Below, in pieces: positions 36,477-48,250 of a stretch of DNA of 64,000 bases. The position numbers and the translations under genes are program-made. A model generated the notes under the pieces. The model made no database searches. It had not been told where the DNA came from and saw only the letters and a program-made list of their open reading frames with translations. Source of the DNA: Histomonas meleagridis 2922-C6/04-290x (lineage: Eukaryota; Protista; Parabasalia); NCBI GenBank assembly GCA_020184695.1, contig JAANOX010000052.1:186001-250000 (forward strand), given 5' to 3'. Positions within the stretch are counted from its first letter, which is position 1, and every line of letters starts with the position of its first letter.

Positions 36477-37052
36477 ATGAGCTTGTTCCATAAAGTTGTG
36501 TTTGTTGGTGATTCTGGAGCAGGTAAAACATCAATCATCAATAAATTTACTCAGATATCAGGAACTCCAGTTCCAACAATTACTGCAACATCGGTTCAAT
36601 GTATTGTTCATTTGCCAGAACAAGATGTAACACTAAATGTTTGGGATACTGCTGGCCAAGATGACTACAAATGCCTTATTCCTATTTATGCTAAAGGAGC
36701 AATGGTTGCAGTCATTGTTTTTGATAAAACTTCAGAAGAATCCTTCAATAGTCTTAGAAATTGGGTAAACTTCATAAGAGAATCAGTTGGCCAGCTTGGA
36801 ATTATTGTTGTAGGTAACAAAGAAGATTTGCCTGCTGTAATTTCATTCAACCAAGGAATTGGTTTTGCTGATCAAAACGATGCCCAATTTATCGAAACAT
36901 CTGCTGAAACAGGAACCAACGTTGATTTGTTATTTTCTACAATTGCAAATCTTGTTTTAGAACAAGAAAAATTATCAGATAAAAAAGAGGATAATGGTGT
37001 TGATTTAAAAGCACCCCAAAATGAAGATAAAAAGAAAGGCTGCTGCAAGTGA
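36477..37052 (+). CDS. Rab-family small GTPase
   Basis: GDSGAGKTS, WDTAGQD, NKED, ETSA and a C-terminal GCCK. Confidence 0.92.
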   Translation: MSLFHKVVFVGDSGAGKTSIINKFTQISGTPVPTITATSVQCIVHLPEQDVTLNVWDTAGQDDYKCLIPIYAKGAMVAVIVFDKTSEESFNSLRNWVNFIRESVGQLGIIVVGNKEDLPAVISFNQGIGFADQNDAQFIETSAETGTNVDLLFSTIANLVLEQEKLSDKKEDNGVDLKAPQNEDKKKGCCK

Positions 37053-37705
37053 ATACTGAGTTTATGTATTAAAAGCATGCTTAAACATTTCTGATTTCAT
37101 TTGTTTCAAACGATATATTTTTGAATCATGTTTCTGTGGTTTATGAACGTTTGACAGTTTCGGAACGTTATTTCGATACATCTTTGGAAGATTCAAATTA
37201 CAAATAGCTTCCTGCGATTAAATTAACCTCATTGACTTGTCCTCAGTTACGCTTGGTGTTTTGTATTTTTGATATTTAATTGAACATCAAAATTCCTACT
37301 TTCTTCAAAAAAACATCTTTAACGATAGAATCAAATGAATGAGTCATCATCGGATTTATATTCAAAAACTGATGTGTTTGGGAAACCTTTCTGAAACCAC
37401 TTTATATTCGGAAACGAAGGAAAGGAGCAAAAACCTTTTACAATATCATATTCATTAATCAATTTTTATTAATGTAATATGAGTTAGTATTGATCCCTCT
37501 GTTGAAAAATGATCATATTGTTGTTGAATTTTATGGTAATTCTTATGAAGTATTCCATCTGTAGAAATGGTAATTGAATACAAAAAGCAGTTATTGGAAC
37601 TTCTTATCGTTGCCATAATTCTGAGAATTTTTTCGTGCTTAAGAACATTTGAATGAAAATAAGATGTGAACAAATTTGAATGAAAAAGCAAATGTCAGTT
37701 TTCGT

Positions 37706-40700
37706 ATGAGCTTTTTCTCGAATTTGTTCAAAAAAGAAGAGGCCCAACAACCTCCGCCTAATCACGATAATCAAGCAAAACCAGAGGAAAATGGTTCTCA
37801 AATTCAAGAACTTCAAAAGCAAGTTGACTATTATAAACAAAGGTCACTTACAGATGAAGAACTAAACGAATTCGAAATGCTGCGTACGCAGAAAAAGTTA
37901 TTTAGTGCCGAGATAGATCAACTTAACGAAGCTTTAGACAAGAAGCAAAGTGAAATAGATTCCTTAAACAAGCAAAATGAGGAAATAACAAATAGTGTTC
38001 GAACAGAAATTGAAGCTGTACAAAACCAAGTTGAAACAATAATGAAAACAAAGCAATCCGAAATCGAAAATCTTCAAAAGCAAATCAAAGATTTACAGAG
38101 TTCTAAACCATCAGAAGGAGGACAAAGTGTTCCATCTGAAACAAATAGTGCTGAAATAGAATCATTACAAAACAAAATCAAAGAATTGCAACATGATAAA
38201 GAAACTGAAATACAAAAACTTCAAACACAACTTTCTGAATCAGAGACAACGAAACGCACTGAAATTGATAGTCTTCAAAAGAAAATTGAAGAAATTACAA
38301 ATGACAAGCAAACTGAGATTGATTCATTACAGAAACAAATTGAAGAAATAACAAATAATAAACAAAATGAAATTAATTCATTACAAAAGAAAATTGAAGA
38401 ATTAGCAAATAATGAAAAAACTGAAATTAATGAGTTCCAAACGAAAATCGAAGAAATAGCAAAGGAAAAACAAAATGAAATCAATGAATTACAAAAGAGA
38501 ATCGAAGAATTAACAAAAGAAAAGCAAACAGAAAATGAAAAACTGCAAAAGAAAATCGAAGAACTAATGAACACTCAAGCAAATGAATCAGGAGCACTTC
38601 AAAGTCAATTAACTGAATTACATAAGCAAATCGAAGAATTAACAAATAGTAAACAAATGGAAACAGAAAAACTAAATAAACAAATTGAAGAAATTACAAA
38701 CAATAAACAAAATGAAATTAATGAATTAAATAAACAAATTGAAGAAATTACAAATAACAAACAAAATGAAATTAATGAATTACAAAAGAAAATCGAAGAA
38801 ATACAAAATAATAAACAAAATGAAATTGATACATTACAAAAACGTATTGAAGAATTAACTAATAATCAATCATCAGAAGCAAATGCATTACAAAGTAAAA
38901 TTGATGAATTACAAAATCAAATTAATGAAATAACAAATAATAAACAATCGGAAATCGATTCATTACATAAACAAATTGAAGAATTACAAAACAATAAACA
39001 AAATGAAGTTAATTCATTACAAAATCAAATTAATGACTTAACAAACAGTAGACAAAATGAAATTAATGAATTAAAGAAACAAATCGAAGAAACGACAAAT
39101 AACAAACAATCAGAGATTGATTCATTACATAAACAAATTGAAGAATTAGGAAATACAAAACAAAATGAAATCAATGAATTAAATAAACAAATTGAAGAAT
39201 TAACAAATAATAAACAAAAAGAAATTAATGAATTAAAGAAACAAATTGAAGAATTAACAAATAATAAACAAAATGAAATTAATGAATTACATAATCAAAT
39301 TGAAGAATTACAAAATAATAAACAAATGGAAACAGAGAAATTAAATAAACAAATTGAAGAAATTACAAATAACAAACAAAATGAAATTAATTCATTACAA
39401 AGAAAAATCGAAGAAATTACAAATAATAAACAAAACGAAATTAATTCATTACAAGGTCAACTTGAAGAACTTTCAAATAGAAAACGAATTGAAATTGATG
39501 AATTACAAAAACGTATTGAAGATCTTGCAGATGGTAAACAATCTGAAGCAGGCGCATTACAACTTCAAATTGTTGAATTACATAAACAAATCGATGAGAT
39601 AACAAGTAATAAACAAAATGAAATTAGACAACTTAATAAACATATCGAAGAATTAAATGATGAAAAGAATACAATGGAAGAAAATCATCGAAAACAAATC
39701 GATGATATTAATAAATCGAAATCAAATGAAATCGAAGAACTTACAAATGCAAAGCAAATAGAAATTAATAACTTAAAGAAACAAAACGAAGAATTAAATA
39801 CAGCTAAAGAAACATCAGAAAATGAATACAAGAAACAGATTGAAGAATTAAATAACTCTAAAACAGCTTCAGAAAATGAATATAAGAAACAAATCGAAGA
39901 ATTAAATACTTCTAAAACAAATGCAATTGAAGAACTTACAAATGCAAAGCAAACGGAAATTGATCAACTTAAACAACAAATTGAAGAATTAGGTAGTAAT
40001 AAACAATCAGAAATCGATAACTTAAAGAAACAGAACGAAGAATTAAACGCATCTAAAGTAACAGCAGAAGAAGAATTAAAGAAACAGATGGAAGAATTAG
40101 GCAACAACAAACAAAATGAAATTGATAACTTAAAGAAACAGAACGAAGAATTAAACGCAGCTAAAGAAGCATCAGAAAATGAATATAAGAAACAAATTGA
40201 AGAGTTAAATGCAGCCAAAGTTTCGGCGATTGAAGAACTAACAAACACCAAACAAAATGAAATTGAACAACTCAAACAACAAATCGAACAAATCAATTCA
40301 GCCAAAGCGGCATCAGAAAGTGAACTACATAAACAAATTGAAGAACTCTCTAATGCAAAAGCATCAGAAAGTGATGTTGTAAATCTCAAACAAAATGAAA
40401 TTAATTCTCTTAAGCAACAGATCGAAGAAATCAACAATTCTAAAACAGCATTAGAAAGCGAATTACATAAACAGATCGAAGAACTCAATAATTCTAAAGC
40501 AGCAGCAGAAGAAGAATTAAAGAAACAAATCGAAGAATTAAAGAACTCTAAAACTGCTTCAGAAGAAGAATTAAAGAAACAAATTGAAGAATTAAGTGCA
40601 TCTAAAGCAGCAGCAGAAGAAGAGCATAAGAAACAGATCGAAGAATTAAAGAACTCTAAAACTGCTTCAGAAGAAGAATTAAAGAAACAAATGGAAGAAT

Positions 40701-41803
40701 TAGGTAACAACAAACAAAACGAAATCGATAACTTAAAGAAACAGAACGAAGAATTAAACAACTCTAAAACAGAATCAGAAAATGAATATAAGAAACAAAT
40801 CGAAGAGATAAATACAGCCAAAGTTTTAGCAATTACTGAACTAACAAACACCAAACAAAATGAAATTGAACAACTTAAACAACAAATCGAACAAATCAAT
40901 TCAGCCAAAGCGGCATCAGAAAGCGAATTACATAAACAAATTGAAGAACTCTCTAATGCAAAAGCATCAGAAAGTGATGTTGTAAATCTCAAACAAAATG
41001 AAATTAATTCTCTTAAGCAACAGATCGAAGAAATCAACAATTCTAAAACAGCATTAGAAAGCGAATTACATAAACAGATCGAAGAACTCAATAATTCTAA
41101 AGCAGCAGCAGAAGAAGAATTAAAGAAACAAATCGAAGAACTGAACGCATCTAAAGCAGCAGCAGTTGAAGAAGTAACAAACGCAAAGCAAAATGAGATC
41201 GATCAACTCAAGCAGCAGATCGAGCAAATCAACGCATCCAAAGTGGCATCGGAAAGTGAATTACATAAACAAATCGAAGAACTGAACGCATCCAAAGCAG
41301 CAGTTGAAGAGGCGACAAACGCGAAGCAAACTGAGATCGATCAACTCAAGAAGCAAATCGACGAGTTGAACACATCCAAATCGACAGCCGAATCGGAACT
41401 TGCGAACACCTCCACACTTAAGAAGGAGCTCGAATCGAAAGAAGCGGAAACAACAGAGCTACAGCGCCAAATCGAAGAGTTATTCCTGCTGAAGGAGCGC
41501 GAAACTGCAGAACTCCGCAAAGAGATCGAAACATTAAATAACAATAAGAGTAATGTAAACGAAGAAGAAATTAATAAAATTAAAGACGAACGTAACGAAG
41601 CACAAACAAAAGTTGCGCAACTCGAAGATGAAATTAAAGACCTTCGCGAAGTGGCGAAGAAGTACACAACAATTAAAGACGAAAAAGATGAAATGTTCAC
41701 ACATCTGAAGGCTGAAATAGAAGAGTTGACACGACAAAACGAACAGTTGAAAAATACCGTGTTGGAAGCAAAGGCAAAAATTCGTGAAAAAGGATTAAAA
41801 TAA
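37706..41803 (+). CDS. Long repetitive coiled-coil protein (18-aa NNKQNEINELxKQIEEL-type repeats)
   Basis: E/K/Q/N-rich. The ATG at 37706 follows an Inr-like TCAGTT. Contains an internal ~600-nt tandem duplication. Confidence 0.88.
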   Translation: MSFFSNLFKKEEAQQPPPNHDNQAKPEENGSQIQELQKQVDYYKQRSLTDEELNEFEMLRTQKKLFSAEIDQLNEALDKKQSEIDSLNKQNEEITNSVRTEIEAVQNQVETIMKTKQSEIENLQKQIKDLQSSKPSEGGQSVPSETNSAEIESLQNKIKELQHDKETEIQKLQTQLSESETTKRTEIDSLQKKIEEITNDKQTEIDSLQKQIEEITNNKQNEINSLQKKIEELANNEKTEINEFQTKIEEIAKEKQNEINELQKRIEELTKEKQTENEKLQKKIEELMNTQANESGALQSQLTELHKQIEELTNSKQMETEKLNKQIEEITNNKQNEINELNKQIEEITNNKQNEINELQKKIEEIQNNKQNEIDTLQKRIEELTNNQSSEANALQSKIDELQNQINEITNNKQSEIDSLHKQIEELQNNKQNEVNSLQNQINDLTNSRQNEINELKKQIEETTNNKQSEIDSLHKQIEELGNTKQNEINELNKQIEELTNNKQKEINELKKQIEELTNNKQNEINELHNQIEELQNNKQMETEKLNKQIEEITNNKQNEINSLQRKIEEITNNKQNEINSLQGQLEELSNRKRIEIDELQKRIEDLADGKQSEAGALQLQIVELHKQIDEITSNKQNEIRQLNKHIEELNDEKNTMEENHRKQIDDINKSKSNEIEELTNAKQIEINNLKKQNEELNTAKETSENEYKKQIEELNNSKTASENEYKKQIEELNTSKTNAIEELTNAKQTEIDQLKQQIEELGSNKQSEIDNLKKQNEELNASKVTAEEELKKQMEELGNNKQNEIDNLKKQNEELNAAKEASENEYKKQIEELNAAKVSAIEELTNTKQNEIEQLKQQIEQINSAKAASESELHKQIEELSNAKASESDVVNLKQNEINSLKQQIEEINNSKTALESELHKQIEELNNSKAAAEEELKKQIEELKNSKTASEEELKKQIEELSASKAAAEEEHKKQIEELKNSKTASEEELKKQMEELGNNKQNEIDNLKKQNEELNNSKTESENEYKKQIEEINTAKVLAITELTNTKQNEIEQLKQQIEQINSAKAASESELHKQIEELSNAKASESDVVNLKQNEINSLKQQIEEINNSKTALESELHKQIEELNNSKAAAEEELKKQIEELNASKAAAVEEVTNAKQNEIDQLKQQIEQINASKVASESELHKQIEELNASKAAVEEATNAKQTEIDQLKKQIDELNTSKSTAESELANTSTLKKELESKEAETTELQRQIEELFLLKERETAELRKEIETLNNNKSNVNEEEINKIKDERNEAQTKVAQLEDEIKDLREVAKKYTTIKDEKDEMFTHLKAEIEELTRQNEQLKNTVLEAKAKIREKGLK

Positions 41804-42121
41804 AGAAATATTCGAATACTTTTTGATATTTGGCTGATACTGTGCAAATAATTTGTAAATTTCCCAATTGGAATATTATAAACGGTCAAATGTTGGTAAC
41901 GGTCGTTGTTTCTGTTTTGGAATTATAATTATAGATAATTTTTAGTGGAAACTTTATAGTATATTTATCAAAATTTGTAAAATAATAGTAAGTAATGTTT
42001 GTATTTTTCTTGTTCTAAAGAGACGTGGAAATCTTATAATAATTATTCATATTATTATTAAATTATTAAATCAACAACCAAAAAATTATATTGAAAAATA
42101 AATTTCATGACAAAAGTATCT

Positions 42122-42583
<462 letters not shown>

Positions 42584-43000
42584 ATGGCTCGTACAAAACA
42601 AACAGCTCGTAAATCTACTGGTGGTAAGACTCCACGTAAATCACTCGGTGCTAAGGCAGCTCGTAAATCAACACCAGTTGTTGATTCACAAGGTGCAAAG
42701 AAGCAACATCGTTTCAGACCAGGTACAGTTGCTCTTCGTGAAATTCGTAAATACCAAAAGAGCACAGATCTTTTAATCCGTAAGCTTCCATTCCAACGTC
42801 TCGTTCGTGAAATCGCATCAGGATTCCGTGGTGATCTTCGTTTCCAATCATCAGCAATTGCAGCTCTTCAAGAAGCTTCTGAAGCTTATCTTGTTGGTCT
42901 TTTCGAAGATACAAACCTTTGTGCAATTCATGCAAATCGTGTTACTATTATGGAACGTGATGTTCAACTTGCACAAAGAATTCGTGGCGAACGCAATTAA
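42584..43000 (+). CDS. H3: Histone H3
   Basis: [15 protein letters not shown]...[19 protein letters not shown]. Confidence 0.98.
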   Translation: MARTKQTARKSTGGKTPRKSLGAKAARKSTPVVDSQGAKKQHRFRPGTVALREIRKYQKSTDLLIRKLPFQRLVREIASGFRGDLRFQSSAIAALQEASEAYLVGLFEDTNLCAIHANRVTIMERDVQLAQRIRGERN

Positions 43001-43113
43001 ATTTATAAAACTTTATTTCTCGACTAATTTTATTTTTTATTCCATGTTTTAAAATTAAATAAAAACATAAAAACATGGTTTACTGACAAAAATATATTAT
43101 ATAAGGAACAATT

Positions 43114-43629
43114 TCATTGGATCAATTCATGACCAATAAATAAGTTTTTACCATTTTTTAATATTTTGAACTCAATAAAATGTATGCCTTTCAATCCGCT
43201 TAGTGTAATGATAAGGGCCATTCTGTGGATAGTTCCGTTTTCTAAGGATTTGGTTTGATGAAAAAGAATTTGAATAATTTGTGGATTTGTCTTAAACATC
43301 ATGGAAACAAAGGAAGACACAACTGATTTAATTTTAGATGAAGCGCCATTTATATTTTTCCATTGATTTTTTATTGGAATATTTTGCAATCCATTTATTG
43401 ATAAAAGTTCAAAACCTTTTTGTTCATTCTGTCCAAGTCTTACTTGAATGTTTACTTGTAAAATTGATATATTAATATCTATATCAGAATATCCAAAATT
43501 TAATGAAAATATTTCTATATTTTCTTTTATCCCTGCATAACTCAAAATCTTTGGAATATTGTTTTGTACAAATTTTATTACTTGTGTATCGATTGCACTA
43601 TATGAATGAAACACAAGAATAAAAATCAT
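43114..43629 (-). CDS. Hypothetical protein with a likely signal peptide
   Basis: 171-aa ORF with a hydrophobic N-terminus. Confidence 0.6.
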   Translation of the reverse strand: MIFILVFHSYSAIDTQVIKFVQNNIPKILSYAGIKENIEIFSLNFGYSDIDINISILQVNIQVRLGQNEQKGFELLSINGLQNIPIKNQWKNINGASSKIKSVVSSFVSMMFKTNPQIIQILFHQTKSLENGTIHRMALIITLSGLKGIHFIEFKILKNGKNLFIGHELIQ

Positions 43630-43731
43630 TTGTTTTTGTTAACGGTCCAGACGCGATATAAACGGTCTCCTAAACGCAAAACAGAAATTAAATTTACATT
43701 TATTGTTAAATGTTTTCCTCCGAAAATAAAA

Positions 43732-44310
43732 TTATTGTTTGTTTTCCGGTGGTAATGCGAATTCTGGATTCATTGGAGCATACATTCCTTGCTGTTGACT
43801 CTGAGTCTGAGGATATCCCTGAAGCTGAGGTATAGAATTCATTTGTCCCATACCTTGCATTTGTTGCATTCCTGGATAAGCCATTTGATTTCCCTGAATT
43901 ACATTCATTGGCATCATTCCCATTGGAATAATGCCAATTTGAAGATTCTGATCATAACCTGGATATAAATTATTATTATTCTTTGTCAACAATTCATTTA
44001 AAGCCCTCTTCCTGCGTGCTTTTCTATATACATAGTTTGGATGTTCTCTTTTGAACTCTTCTTGAAGAGATGCAGCTTTTTGTTTGTATTGTAATTTAAC
44101 ATCACTTGGGACTTCTTTCCACATTTTGCCCAAAATTCTGCTGACCTCTGTATTTGAAAGTGATGGATTTTTCTGTCTAACTTCCGTTCTCATTGTTTGC
44201 GAATAAAGAATAAATGCATTTGGAGGTCTGCGCGAATTGTCATTTTCCTCATTTACTGGCTGCTGAGGTTGCCAAGCAGTATAATCTGGATGCCCTAATG
44301 TGTTATACAT
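43732..44310 (-). CDS. HMG-box protein (SOX/MATA-type) with Q/M/P-rich tail
   Basis: RRPPNAFILYS...EVSRILGKMWK...HPNYVYRK. Confidence 0.92.
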   Translation of the reverse strand: MYNTLGHPDYTAWQPQQPVNEENDNSRRPPNAFILYSQTMRTEVRQKNPSLSNTEVSRILGKMWKEVPSDVKLQYKQKAASLQEEFKREHPNYVYRKARRKRALNELLTKNNNNLYPGYDQNLQIGIIPMGMMPMNVIQGNQMAYPGMQQMQGMGQMNSIPQLQGYPQTQSQQQGMYAPMNPEFALPPENKQ

Positions 44311-44335
44311 TTTAAAATTGAATAATGAAAAATGC

Positions 44336-44357
44336 CGCCATTTAAATGGCGCGGAAA
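44336..44357. promoter_or_regulatory. 16-bp palindrome with an overlapping E2F-like site upstream of the HMG-box gene
   Basis: CGCCATTTAAATGGCG at 44336-44351, overlapping TGGCGCGGAAA. Confidence 0.5.
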
Positions 44358-44548
44358 TTCAATATGTCTAAACGAACCCATAAATTTTCAATTGCAATTT
44401 GGTATAAGAGTATAAAGGTTAAATTTCATCGCACAGAAATCATTTCGAGCAAAATCCAATATTAAAAAGAATTTCTTGGGAAAGTTTAAAAATTGGGTTC
44501 AAAAATGATTTACTGTTTTTAAAAATTGATTGTTTAATGATTAATCAT

Positions 44549-45007
44549 TCATCCACCACGAAGACGAAGAACAAGATGGAGTGTTGAATCCTTTTGGATG
44601 GAATAATCTTGAAGTGTGTTGCCATCTTCGAGTTGCTTACCAGCGAAAATTAAACGTTGTTGATCTGGTGGGATACCCTCCTTATCTTGGATCTTGGACT
44701 TAACATCTTCAATACGGTCAGTTGGTTCAACTTCAAGTGTAATGTGCTTACCTGTAAGGGTCTTGACGAAGATTTGCATACCACCACGAAGACGAAGAAC
44801 TAAGTGAAGGGTAGAATCCTTTTGGATGGAATAATCTTGAAGTGTGTTGCCATCTTCAAGTTGCTTACCAGCGAAAATTAAACGTTGTTGATCTGGTGGG
44901 ATACCCTCCTTATCTTGGATCTTGGACTTAACATCTTCAATACGGTCAGTTGGTTCAACTTCAAGTGTAATGTGCTTGCCAGTGAGTGTCTTGACGAAGA
45001 TTTGCAT
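44549..45007 (-). CDS. UB: Polyubiquitin (two units)
   Basis: Two copies of [27 protein letters not shown]...LRLRGG (trichomonad type). ATG at 45007. Confidence 0.98.
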   Translation of the reverse strand: MQIFVKTLTGKHITLEVEPTDRIEDVKSKIQDKEGIPPDQQRLIFAGKQLEDGNTLQDYSIQKDSTLHLVLRLRGGMQIFVKTLTGKHITLEVEPTDRIEDVKSKIQDKEGIPPDQQRLIFAGKQLEDGNTLQDYSIQKDSTLHLVLRLRGG

Positions 45008-45292
45008 TCTCAAAAATGATGTGAATAAATTTTGGCATATTTGGTTGGGCAAATTTTGCTTTAAAAAGATGTCACTTTTAAATATAAACTATTAGAATCA
45101 TGTGATTTCAACGATAGAGAGGAATGAATGGTTTATACTCAAAAGCAGGAGCTGTGTGGTTATAAGATAACTATAATTAACCAATATCATCCTCAAAACA
45201 TTTAAGATTCGAACTTAAAACTAAAAGTCATAAAACTACTCAAAAAGTTTAATTTTGCTTGGGTACTTTGAGAGTTTAAGAAAAGATAAAAA

Positions 45293-45558
45293 TTATTTAT
45301 TACTAATCAATTCAACAATTTTTGTAAGATCTATTTGTGTTACATTCCATAATTGCATACATAAGTGCAGTTTAAAAAATTAAAAACAATTTTCAAATAT
45401 TATTTTGAAATAAATATTTCTCTTAATTATTAAGACAAATATTAAATAAAACAAATAAATATCTTTAGAATTCTAAGAAGTACCTTAATTACCCCCGGAT
45501 TATTTTCATCAATGCTTTCATAAGTACTGTTTTGAATGTTTAAAATAGTTTCCAAAAT
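45293..45558 (-). pseudogene. Orphan relic of two ankyrin repeats with the same loop insert
   Basis: Minus strand reads KTVLMKA... then AAAGATATTTATTTGTTTTATTTAATATTTG...TTTCAAAATAATATTTGAAA...ACTGCACTTATGTATGCA. Confidence 0.7.
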
Positions 45559-45588
45559 CCAAAAAAATTATGGGAAATCAGACTTTAT

Positions 45589-46197
45589 TTACTGATTTTG
45601 CTTTGGTGCACGGCGGAAACCCCTACGACCACGACGGAAGCGGCGGGTGGATCTCCTTGGTACTACGTCATAATCACGACGAGCATATCTTACGAATGAT
45701 TCACCTCCCTTAATTTGAATCTTTTTGTTCTCCTTTACAGCATTTGCTTGGTCTTCAGATGTTGCAAACTTGACAAAGGCAAAGCCACGAGAAGATTCAG
45801 TGTTGAAGCGAATGATCTTAGCATTCGTTGCGTTGTACTTCTTGAATGCTTCCAATAAATCGCTTTCTGCTGTGCCTTCTGGTATTCCGCTAACGAAGGC
45901 GGCATCCCTCTTGCGTTCTGGACGAGCTCTAGCTTGACGGATATAGAGGTTACGACCTTGGAATTCGATAGCCTTTTGATTAGCACGTGCATCTTCAGAA
46001 GCTTTGAGAGCTGCTTTCATTCCTTCTTCAGTTTCGAATTGGATAAAACCAGATCCTGTGGAAACGCTTTGGCCACGATATTTTTCGGTAAGGATGTATG
46101 CATATTTGACCTTGCCATATGTCTCAAAGAACTTGGCAAGAGCTTGGGATGATGACCTGAAGTTTATGTTCCTAACGTAGATGGTCTTTGGGTCCAT
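45589..46197 (-). CDS. RNA-binding protein with two RRMs and an Arg-rich tail
   Basis: RNP2 IYVRNI, RNP1 GSGFIQF and RGFAFVKF. Likely start MDPKT at 46197. Confidence 0.88.
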   Translation of the reverse strand: MDPKTIYVRNINFRSSSQALAKFFETYGKVKYAYILTEKYRGQSVSTGSGFIQFETEEGMKAALKASEDARANQKAIEFQGRNLYIRQARARPERKRDAAFVSGIPEGTAESDLLEAFKKYNATNAKIIRFNTESSRGFAFVKFATSEDQANAVKENKKIQIKGGESFVRYARRDYDVVPRRSTRRFRRGRRGFRRAPKQNQ

Positions 46198-46597
46198 TGG
46201 AAGTATGAAAACCTGATGGCCGGCCACAACCGTTTATTGCTGTTTTGGCCAAACTGACCTGTCAATCTCATCTAGAAAAGTGCCAATAGCTTAGATTGTT
46301 GTCAAAATTTTATTATGAAAAGTATCGTTTTTAATTGAAAAACTTTCATCGTTTCAATACAATTCCTTATCGTTTCTTTCAGCCTTCCATTGTTTTGTCA
46401 AATCGGATCAATATAATACCTTTGAACACCCAAAAACAACATACTAAATGCCAGCAAAAAAGATAATAAAAAATGACAAATAGTGATATCTGCAAATCAA
46501 ATTATTCAATTATTCGATGTTTTCAATCGCTTCTACACATTGTCTGAATGATTTCCTAGTACATAAAAAGAAGTAAAGTAAAATATATACCAAAATT

Positions 46598-46990
46598 TTA
46601 ATTCTTAGCAAGTTGTTCCTTAACAAGTTGAGCACGTTTTGCAGCAAGCTTTGCATGCTTGAAACGCTAGAAATCATTCATCTGAGATTTAGCGGCGGCT
46701 GCCTTAAGATTTTTGCCCCACTTTGTTTCTTCAAATTTTGCAACAGCATCTGCTTCTTTGACAGCAGCAGCAACTACTTCTTTCTTAGCAGCACGCTCAA
46801 TCTTTACTACTATATCTGTGAGTTTAAGACGTTTGATTGGGATCATTTGACGAGGTTCTTGTGCTCCGATTACATCAATCATGACGCGTTTATCATCAAC
46901 GATGTCAACAATCACAGCAAGTTTATCTGCTAATGGACCATAAGAAATGAGTACAACACGTCCAAATTCGACGAATTGTGTGTAGGGCAT
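46598..46990 (-). CDS. RPL14: 60S ribosomal protein L14 (eL14) with an in-frame TAG at 46667-46669
   Basis: FVEFGRVVLISYGPLADKLAVIVDIVD...; the frame continues past the TAG as RFKHAKLAAKRAQLVKEQLAKN* to 46598. Confidence 0.9.
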
Positions 46991-47129
46991 TCTGGAGAAC
47001 GACCACAAACAGTCACTTTTCGGTTATGGGGGAACTCATTATAAACGGTCGTATCGTTTGAAAGCTTTTGCAAAACTCATGCACTTTCAACATTTATTAT
47101 TACTCAAAGGTTTCCAACAAACTTATTCT

Positions 47130-48250
47130 CTTTGAAATCAACTGCAAATGGGTCTTCATCAATATTAGAGAAATTTATAGACAAGTTATTCATTGAAATA
47201 CTATCTCTATTGAAATTATCATCTTTTGTGCTTTCTTCACGATTAATTTGTTTCTTATGTAGAAAACGAATAATTAGGACAGTATACGTATTACTTTGTT
47301 TAAAGGAATTTGATTTTGTATAAGTATTGGATTTAGTAAATGTATTCGACTTTGTATGTTACTTCGTGTGAACGAATTTGAATTGTTGAATGTGTGTGTT
47401 GGCCAACGATATTGATTACATTCATCAAGTAATATGTCTTTGAGTACACCAAGTGACCCAAATTCTGTTCCTTGAAATAAATCTGATGTCATACATATTG
47501 AGCAGAAATATTATAAAAAGAATTTGAATTTATATTTGGTGCTTTATAACGTAAAATATATACATGTGAGATTAATACAATCTCGAAATGCATAACTTTT
47601 AATTGAGCTCACTTTTTCGCCAATGATAACTATGTTTAATTTGGAACATCCATAAAAAGAATAACTTCCAATTGTTTTAACCAAATTTGGAATTGATATA
47701 TTTACCAATGATGAACAATAAGAAAATGCATAATTTCCAATTGTTGTAACAAAATTTGGAATTTCAAATGATTTGTTTGTTCTTCCTTCTGGGTAGCAAA
47801 GATTTGTGGTTAGATCTTTGTTATAAAGAATTCCATTATTTCCACTACAATAATTAATATTTTCATTAGAAACATTTATATACAGGAGTTTTAAGCAATT
47901 TGCAAAAACCTCATCACCAATTAATTTCACTGATTTTGGAATGAAAATATTGGAAATTAATGTACGATAATAAAATGCATAATTTCCAATTGTTTCTACA
48001 TTTTCACCAATATTAATCGAATTTAAAAGAGAGCAAAAATAAAATGCATAATTTCCAATTGTTTCTACATTTTTTCTAAGATTAATCCAATTCAAAAGAG
48101 ACCAGTAATGAAATGCATAATCTCCAATTGAAATAATAGAATTCCCAATGTCAACAGTCATTAATAAGGTCCATTGATAAAAATCTTCAATTCCAATTTC
48201 ATTAATTTCACATGTTATTAGAACATGTAATGTATAACTTTTATATGTGT
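47130..48250 (-). pseudogene. Fragmented BspA-like LRR gene
   Basis: ORF 47544-48161 has TpLRR repeats. ORF 47274-47492 resembles a BspA stalk. Stops and frameshifts lie between them. Confidence 0.7.

Noticed and set aside
39964-41889. Long antisense ORFs over the coiled-coil gene (and similar shadow ORFs over APC1, BspA and ribosomal protein genes)
   Set aside because: They are the expected by-product of repetitive or biased codon use on the sense strand, with no independent coding signal.
46667-46669. Genome-wide reassignment of TAG to Gln or Glu
   Set aside because: Several Q/E-rich ORFs of over 1200 codons are open under the standard code with no TAG, so reassignment is unlikely; only this single site was seen.
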